Assembly (NCBI GenBank): GCA_965248535.1
Contig: CBDFJR010000002.1
Coordinates: forward strand, 2,411,206-2,475,205
Direction of reading: 5' to 3'
DNA length: 64,000 nt
Source of the DNA: Phormidesmis sp.
Lineage (GTDB): Bacteria; Cyanobacteriota; Cyanobacteriia; Leptolyngbyales; Leptolyngbyaceae
Position numbers and translations under genes: made by a program. This document shows positions 58,423 to 64,000 of this stretch, in pieces (position 1 is the stretch's first letter; every line of letters starts with the position of its first letter). A model generated the notes under the pieces. That model saw only the letters and a program-made list of their open reading frames with translations. It was not told the origin of the DNA and did no database searches.

Positions 58423-60045
58423 TCAACTGAGTACCGCAGGCACTCCTAAAACAGGGAGTAGTTTGATGCCATACTCCGTCTCAAAAATGCCCTTCTTATA
58501 GTCCAAGCTCCACAACTCCAGCGCGCAATCATCCATCGGTTGGCGACTGTCGATCGTGAGACGCATAGCTTGCTGCTCTGGTATATATTGACACTGCACT
58601 GAGCGAATTGCGCCAATCTGTCGGCGATCGAGGGCCACGGCCAGCCGCAATAGAGAACTCAGTTGTTCGACGAGTTTGCGATGCTTTTTGCTGGTTAAAT
58701 TGCGATAGCATTCGTGGCGTTTTTTAGGGCCGCTCTTGCGGTGATAGCGGGCTAAATTAGCGATCGTTTCAATCTCGATCTCGTTGTAGCCCAACAATTC
58801 AGCGTGACGAATTAAATAATAAGAGTGTTTATGGTGAGACGAATGGCCGACATGGTGCCCACAGTTGTGCAAAATCGCCGCCGCCCAGAGCAGTTCTCGC
58901 TCTTCGCTACCCCAGTTGTGCAACACGCCTTGAGTTTGATCAAATAAACTCAGCGCAAACTCAGCCACCTGTCGGCTGTGGTCGAGATTGACCTGATATT
59001 TTTGAGCCGTTTTCAAGACGCTGCGCTGCCGCACCGAACTTTGATAGCGCAACCGATCTTCGATTAGCCCGTGGGCCAGCATCCAATCAACCACTACGCC
59101 TTCTCGCAGCGATCGCTCACAGATCATGATCGACTCAGTGCCTAGCAAGGTCATGGCTTCTTGTAAAATCAGCGCCCCGGCCAAAATAATTTCTGCCCGC
59201 CGATCGTTCATGCCGGGAATTAATAGGCGATCGGCGTAGCTCAGTTTTCGCAGACGGTTGACCCATTCGCGCAGGTCTTTGAGACTGAACTCATAGCCGT
59301 TTAGCGGAGCCGGAACCGTGCCAAATTTGTCGCGGGAGTGCAGAATGGCCAAGGTCTCGATCGTGCCAGATGTGCCCACCATGCGGGGCTGTTCACCCGG
59401 TTTAAGCTGCGATCGCACCTCGTCGATCGGGCGCTCCCACATGCCCTGAATGTAGGCTTGCAGATGCTGAAACTCTGCATTGCTGATCGGGTCGGTGGTG
59501 ATCAACTGCGAGGTGAGGCGCACGGCTCCAACTTTGGTGCTGCTGAGAGTGCGCGGCTCATGCCCGTCGCCCAAGATCAACTCGGTCGAGCCACCGCCAA
59601 TGTCAATGATGATGTGGGGCTGATGGTTGAGATTCATCCCCGACAAAACGCCTAAATAGATTCTGCGGGCTTCTTCGGTGCCTGAAATTAGATTTACCCA
59701 TAGCCCCAATTCGGCTTCGATCTGCTGCAAAAATTCTTGCCCGTTGGGGGCTTCTCGCACCGCGCTCGTGGCAACCGCGATGATTTGTTCGGCATTGAGG
59801 CTTTTTGCAATCTCTTGGCATCGTTTGAGGGCTACGATCGCTCGCTGCATCGCCTCTGGGGTTAATCGCCCAGTTTGCTTGCAGCGATCGCCGAGACGCA
59901 CCGTTGTTTTATTTCTCTCAATGACCGTAAAGGCAGGCAGCAACGGCTGAATCTGCGCCACGACCATGTGAATTGAGTTGGTTCCGACATCGATCGCGGC
60001 CAGAATGCGCGCTCGATCGGCGGGCAGGGTTGAGCTATTCACCAC
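58423..60045 (-). CDS. ppx: Exopolyphosphatase Ppx/GppA
   Basis: AAIDVGTNSIH, ATSAVREA, IDIGGGSTE, LREG, HD-like C-terminal domain. Confidence 0.95.
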   Translation of the reverse strand: MVNSSTLPADRARILAAIDVGTNSIHMVVAQIQPLLPAFTVIERNKTTVRLGDRCKQTGRLTPEAMQRAIVALKRCQEIAKSLNAEQIIAVATSAVREAPNGQEFLQQIEAELGLWVNLISGTEEARRIYLGVLSGMNLNHQPHIIIDIGGGSTELILGDGHEPRTLSSTKVGAVRLTSQLITTDPISNAEFQHLQAYIQGMWERPIDEVRSQLKPGEQPRMVGTSGTIETLAILHSRDKFGTVPAPLNGYEFSLKDLREWVNRLRKLSYADRLLIPGMNDRRAEIILAGALILQEAMTLLGTESIMICERSLREGVVVDWMLAHGLIEDRLRYQSSVRQRSVLKTAQKYQVNLDHSRQVAEFALSLFDQTQGVLHNWGSEERELLWAAAILHNCGHHVGHSSHHKHSYYLIRHAELLGYNEIEIETIANLARYHRKSGPKKRHECYRNLTSKKHRKLVEQLSSLLRLAVALDRRQIGAIRSVQCQYIPEQQAMRLTIDSRQPMDDCALELWSLDYKKGIFETEYGIKLLPVLGVPAVLS

Positions 60046-60433
60046 GTTTCCTTAAATTGAGCGGTTGAATCCAGCATGGGAGGGCAGGCAGAGCAGAACC
60101 CTGACGCAAGTCTTTGACAAATTTGACAAACGACCTAGATTAAAGAACGCAGACGCTGTAGAGCAGTTCCCCATTCTAGAGGTCACCGCTTGATCTTAAG
60201 GGTTCTTGGAGTTAGTTTTTACACCAATTTCTCGACCAGCGAACCGAGGGACGATCGGCGCTGATGGAAGACTCTGCATCTAGAAAAACTTATCGATCGC
60301 CCAGGTTTGTAACATAATGTAAATAGTCAGATAACCGCTCGTGATCTCGCCCTTTTAATCAAAATCTCAACGAGTCGGGTGAGACTCGCTAACGACTGTG
60401 GCTGCCCAAACCAGATCTATGTTTTGAGTTGAA

Positions 60434-61222
60434 ATGTCTGACGTTCCTGCAACGCCTGAGGATGGGGAAGCTGTTTTAACCCACGAGAGTCTTGACTCAC
60501 CCCTGACTCAGACCTTTTTTGAAGACAAAAAGCTGCTCCAGCAGCAGGTTGAAGACCAAACCCAGTTTATTCACTTGCTTTTGCATCAGCTTGCAACTCC
60601 GCTCACGTCTCTGCAAGGCTCGGTGCATCTGCTGGGTGAAGGGTGTCTGAGCGCCGAGCAGCGCCGAGAGTTTTTAGATCTGGTTCAGCAGCAAGTCCGG
60701 CATCTTCAAGCCTTGCTTCAAAGTTTGGTTGAGCTTCGAGATCTTGAAGCGGGTATATTGGGTGCCCGCCCGATCGCCTTTGGTCTAAAAAATCTGGTCG
60801 AAGAAGTGAAGGGCACCTTTCACAGTCGTTTAATTGTCAATCACATTTCGGCAGAGTTGCCCGATCTGTGGGGCGATCGCTGGCAGGTGTCTCAAATTTT
60901 GATTAATCTTTTGTCGAATGCTATTAAATATTCGCCCATCGATGCCGCGATCGAGATTGGGGCAACGCCCAAGTCTGAAGGCTTAGTGGAAGTGTGGGTG
61001 CACGATCACGGCTTAGGCATTCCCACAGAGGCCCAAGCGCATTTGTTTGAGCGGTTTTATCGAGTTCGGCACTCCGATCGCTCCAATATCTCAGGCACGG
61101 GGTTGGGGCTATCTCTGTGTAAACTACTGGTAGAAAACCAGGGCGGACATATTGGCTTTGAATCTGTCCATGGTGAAGGAAGCCGATTTTATTTCACGCT
61201 GTCGATTGCCCAACCTGTTTAA
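60434..61222 (+). CDS. Soluble histidine kinase without an evident sensor domain
   Basis: H-box LHQLATPLTSL, N-box NLLSNAIKYS, DHGLGI, FERFYR, GTGLGL. Confidence 0.9.
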   Translation: MSDVPATPEDGEAVLTHESLDSPLTQTFFEDKKLLQQQVEDQTQFIHLLLHQLATPLTSLQGSVHLLGEGCLSAEQRREFLDLVQQQVRHLQALLQSLVELRDLEAGILGARPIAFGLKNLVEEVKGTFHSRLIVNHISAELPDLWGDRWQVSQILINLLSNAIKYSPIDAAIEIGATPKSEGLVEVWVHDHGLGIPTEAQAHLFERFYRVRHSDRSNISGTGLGLSLCKLLVENQGGHIGFESVHGEGSRFYFTLSIAQPV

Positions 61223-61230
61223 AAACTTCC

Positions 61231-62127
61231 ATGCTGCCCGACTCTGAACAGAATTTAGCTCAATCTAACAGGATCTCGATCGTGCGCTTATTGCGGTGGG
61301 ATAAGCCTGAAGGACGGTTAATTTTGATGATTCCGGCCCTGTGGGCGGTCTTTTTAGCGGCACGGGGCACCCCTCCCTGGCTGCTGGTTGGCATCGTCAT
61401 TTTAGGCACCCTGGCAACGAGTGCGGCGGGCTGTGTGGTGAACGATTTGTGGGATCGTGATATCGATCCACAGGTGCAGCGCACGCGCAGTCGTCCGTTG
61501 GCATCTCGTGCGCTCTCGGTCAGAGTTGGGTTAGTCGTTGCCCTAGTGGGATTCGCCTGTGCCTATGGGTTGGCTGCTTATCTGAATCCGTTAACGTTTT
61601 GGCTGTGTGTTGCGGCAGTGCCGATTATTGGGCTATATCCCGGTGCCAAGCGAGTGTTTCCGGTGCCGCAGTTGGTGCTCTCGATCGCGTGGGGGTTTGC
61701 GGTTTTAATTAGCTGGAGTGCGGTTAGTTGTTCGGCGATTCCGGCAGCTACGTCTTGCTTGGGGCGAGAAACTTGGCTGCTGTGGGGCGCAACCGTGCTG
61801 TGGACTCTAGCGTTTGACACGGTTTATGCGATTCCCGATCGAGACGACGATCGCCGGATTGGTATCCATTCCAGTGCGCTGTTTTTTGGCAAATTTGCCC
61901 CTCAAGCGATCGCGGTTTTCTACACGGGCACGATCGTGCTTCTAGCAAAGCTGGGCGAAGTGATGCAACTGCACTGGACGTTCTGGATCGCTTTGGGAGT
62001 GGCCGCGATCGCGTGGGCGTGGCAATATTACACGCTGAATCGGGGTGGGTTGCCTCCCTCTCCTGCTCTCAGATTGGATGTGTTAGTTGGGTTTATTCTG
62101 CTGGCTGGAATGATCGCGGGAATCTAA
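61231..62127 (+). CDS. plqA: 4-hydroxybenzoate solanesyltransferase (UbiA/PlqA)
   Basis: LLRWDKPEGRLILMIPALW, NDLWDRDID...RTRSRPLAS, DTVYA...DD. Confidence 0.9.
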   Translation: MLPDSEQNLAQSNRISIVRLLRWDKPEGRLILMIPALWAVFLAARGTPPWLLVGIVILGTLATSAAGCVVNDLWDRDIDPQVQRTRSRPLASRALSVRVGLVVALVGFACAYGLAAYLNPLTFWLCVAAVPIIGLYPGAKRVFPVPQLVLSIAWGFAVLISWSAVSCSAIPAATSCLGRETWLLWGATVLWTLAFDTVYAIPDRDDDRRIGIHSSALFFGKFAPQAIAVFYTGTIVLLAKLGEVMQLHWTFWIALGVAAIAWAWQYYTLNRGGLPPSPALRLDVLVGFILLAGMIAGI

Positions 62128-62137
62128 AGGTGAGGGT

Positions 62138-63208
62138 TTGAACTTTATGTTTTCAACTGATCGCATCGCTGTTCTGCTCCACGAAGGCATTCGCGGCCCG
62201 CAAGGAAAAACCGGGCTGGCGCTGCTGCGCTATCGACCTGACACGATCGCGGCCGTCATCGATCGCCAATCTGCCGGAGAATCCTTAACGCCTCTCACCG
62301 GAATTGATTGTCAAGCCCCGATCGTGGCTTCGGTGTCTGAGGCGTTGGACTATCGGCCCACCGTGTTAGCGATCGGCATTGCCCCCTCTGGCGGAGCCTT
62401 ACCCGACGCTTGGCTAGCCGAACTCAAGCAAGCCGCCGCCGCCGGACTGTCGATTATGAATGGACTGCACACGCAACTGTCCACGATTCCCGACCTTAAA
62501 AAATTGCTCAAACCAGAGCAGTGGATCTGGGATATCCGGCAAGAGCCGCCGGGTCTAAAGGTCGGCAGTGGTGCGGCGCGGATGCTGCCCGGTCTGCGAA
62601 TTTTGACCGTGGGCACTGACATGGGCGTAGGCAAAATGGCGACGACTTTGGAACTCGATCGCGCTGCTCAAAGACGAGGCATCCGATCAAAGTTTCTCGG
62701 CACGGGTCAGGCAGGCATCATGATCGCGGGTGATGGCATTCCGTTAGACGCAATTCGGGTTGATTTTGCCGCAGGGGCCGTTGAGCAACTCGTGATGCGC
62801 TATGGATCTGACTATGAACTCTTGCTGATCGAAGGCCAGGGTTCGCTGATGAATCCAGCTTCGACGGCGACGCTGCCTTTAATTCGCGGTAGTCAGCCGA
62901 CGCAGTTGATTCTTGTGCATCGCGCTGGACAGACTCACCTGCGCACCTTTCCTGATGTGCCGATTCCGTCCCTACCAAATGTGGTTCACGTCTATGAAAC
63001 CGTGGCCGCCGCTGGAGGCTCATTTGCCCCTGCTCCTGTGGTTGGTGTTGCCCTCAACACGGCTCATTTGGATGATGAGGCTGCTAGAGCGGCGATCGCC
63101 CACGCCCAACAGCAAACCGGACTTCCTTGCACCGATCCCGTTCGGTTTGGGGCTGATCTCCTCCTAGACGCAATCCTAAAGCCGATCGCCCAAAAACCAT
63201 CCAGATGA
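62138..63208 (+). CDS. DUF1611 domain-containing protein
   Basis: GKTGLALLRY, NGLH, VGTDMGVGKM, TGQAGIMI, EGQGSL. Confidence 0.9.
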   Translation: MNFMFSTDRIAVLLHEGIRGPQGKTGLALLRYRPDTIAAVIDRQSAGESLTPLTGIDCQAPIVASVSEALDYRPTVLAIGIAPSGGALPDAWLAELKQAAAAGLSIMNGLHTQLSTIPDLKKLLKPEQWIWDIRQEPPGLKVGSGAARMLPGLRILTVGTDMGVGKMATTLELDRAAQRRGIRSKFLGTGQAGIMIAGDGIPLDAIRVDFAAGAVEQLVMRYGSDYELLLIEGQGSLMNPASTATLPLIRGSQPTQLILVHRAGQTHLRTFPDVPIPSLPNVVHVYETVAAAGGSFAPAPVVGVALNTAHLDDEAARAAIAHAQQQTGLPCTDPVRFGADLLLDAILKPIAQKPSR

Positions 63209-63209
63209 T

Positions 63210-63235
63210 GTAAGGGCATGGCATCGCCGTGCCCC
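63210..63235. repeat. REP-like palindrome
   Basis: GTAAGGGCATGGCATCGCCGTGCCCC between convergent genes. Confidence 0.55.
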
Positions 63236-63244
63236 CCATCCCCT

Positions 63245-64000
63245 CTAACTCAGCGCATCTGACAAATAATCTGCCGTCGCTTCCACTAAAGCGATCGTAT
63301 CTTCATAAACCATCCGCGTCGGCCCCAAAACCCCTACACTCCCCACTGCCGCAGACCCGCGATTATAGGTTGCAGAAATCAGCGTGCAGGTGCGAATCGG
63401 CTCTAAAGGATTCTCAGACCCGATGCGAACGGTGACTCGTCGCCCCTCTGAGTCAGGCTGATCAAAAATCAGCGGCATTAGCTGGTGCTGTTCTTCTTCG
63501 AGCAGGTGCATGATCGTCTTGATGTGACGCAGTTCTGAAAATTCGGGCTGTCTCAGCACCTCTGAAACCCCACTAATCAAAATTTGCGTCGGCACCGCAG
63601 ACGACTGTGAAAAACGCCGTGTCAGATCGGTGAGCAGTGTCGTGAGCGAATGGCTATAGCGCTCAAACTCGCGCCCCAACTCGCTCCAATCGAGGGTGGC
63701 AAGATCGGCGAGAGCGTGCCCCTTGAGTTGCTCATTGAGAAAGTTTGACAGAATTTGAAGCTCACGATCGACCCGTTCAGCATCGATTTCAACCCCGTCT
63801 TGAAGGTTGGGCACATCCATCAGCACCGATCGCGTCTCATAAGAGTCGGTGACCACAATCAGCATGACTCGCTCAGGGTCAATCTGCACTAGCTGCAAGT
63901 GACGTAGCTCGGTCGTGCGGGTCAGGGGCATCGTGATCAGCGTGATATAGCCGCTCAGAGTCGAGAGAATCTGGGCCGCCCCTCTCAACAGCGCCTCAAA
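63245..64000 (-). CDS. hrcA: Heat-inducible transcriptional repressor (5' part outside window)
   Basis: [37 protein letters not shown]. Confidence 0.93.
   Translation of the reverse strand, partial: FEALLRGAAQILSTLSGYITLITMPLTRTTELRHLQLVQIDPERVMLIVVTDSYETRSVLMDVPNLQDGVEIDAERVDRELQILSNFLNEQLKGHALADLATLDWSELGREFERYSHSLTTLLTDLTRRFSQSSAVPTQILISGVSEVLRQPEFSELRHIKTIMHLLEEEQHQLMPLIFDQPDSEGRRVTVRIGSENPLEPIRTCTLISATYNRGSAAVGSVGVLGPTRMVYEDTIALVEATADYLSDALS

Noticed and set aside
60309..60325. NtcA site
   Set aside because: GTA-N8 is followed by TAA, not TAC.

Overview
Cyanobacterial chromosome segment. The HIP1 octamer GCGATCGC is abundant and the gene set (dxs, mtnA, glgA, avtA, ppx, plqA/ubiA, hrcA, Uma2 genes) fits; a filamentous Leptolyngbya-like host is an inference. 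The left ~22.6 kb is a defence island ending at tRNA-Phe(GAA), next to a tyrosine integrase and an excisionase-like gene. It carries an Ssp-type DNA phosphorothioation locus: PT-associated methyltransferase, DUF4007/SspB-like, SspC-like ATPase, SspG-like remnant, 1776-aa FtsK-domain SspH-like protein and a cysteine desulfurase. The middle of this locus appears replaced by a ~3 kb cassette holding an XRE-HTH/HNH nuclease with twin palindromic operators, two small ORFs, and a 164-aa protein followed by a degenerate 21-nt repeat array. The island also has a VapBC-like pair, a nuclease-NACHT-WD40 gene broken by one in-frame TGA, and an rtcB-like remnant. Right of the tRNA is a tandem array of four double-glycine-leader peptides, three with a conserved upstream regulatory module, followed by a PpiC-type foldase. 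The rest is mostly core metabolism, plus a Shango-like ATPase/helicase pair with no adjacent TerB-like gene, an HsdR-N/ParA fusion with a ParB-like partner, a phosphate cluster (PhoA, Ppx, sensorless kinase) and dispersed REP-like palindromes. Several small lesions (glgA, DUF948 gene, NACHT gene, integrase) could be real decay or assembly errors. All family assignments are by eye from motifs; no searches were run.
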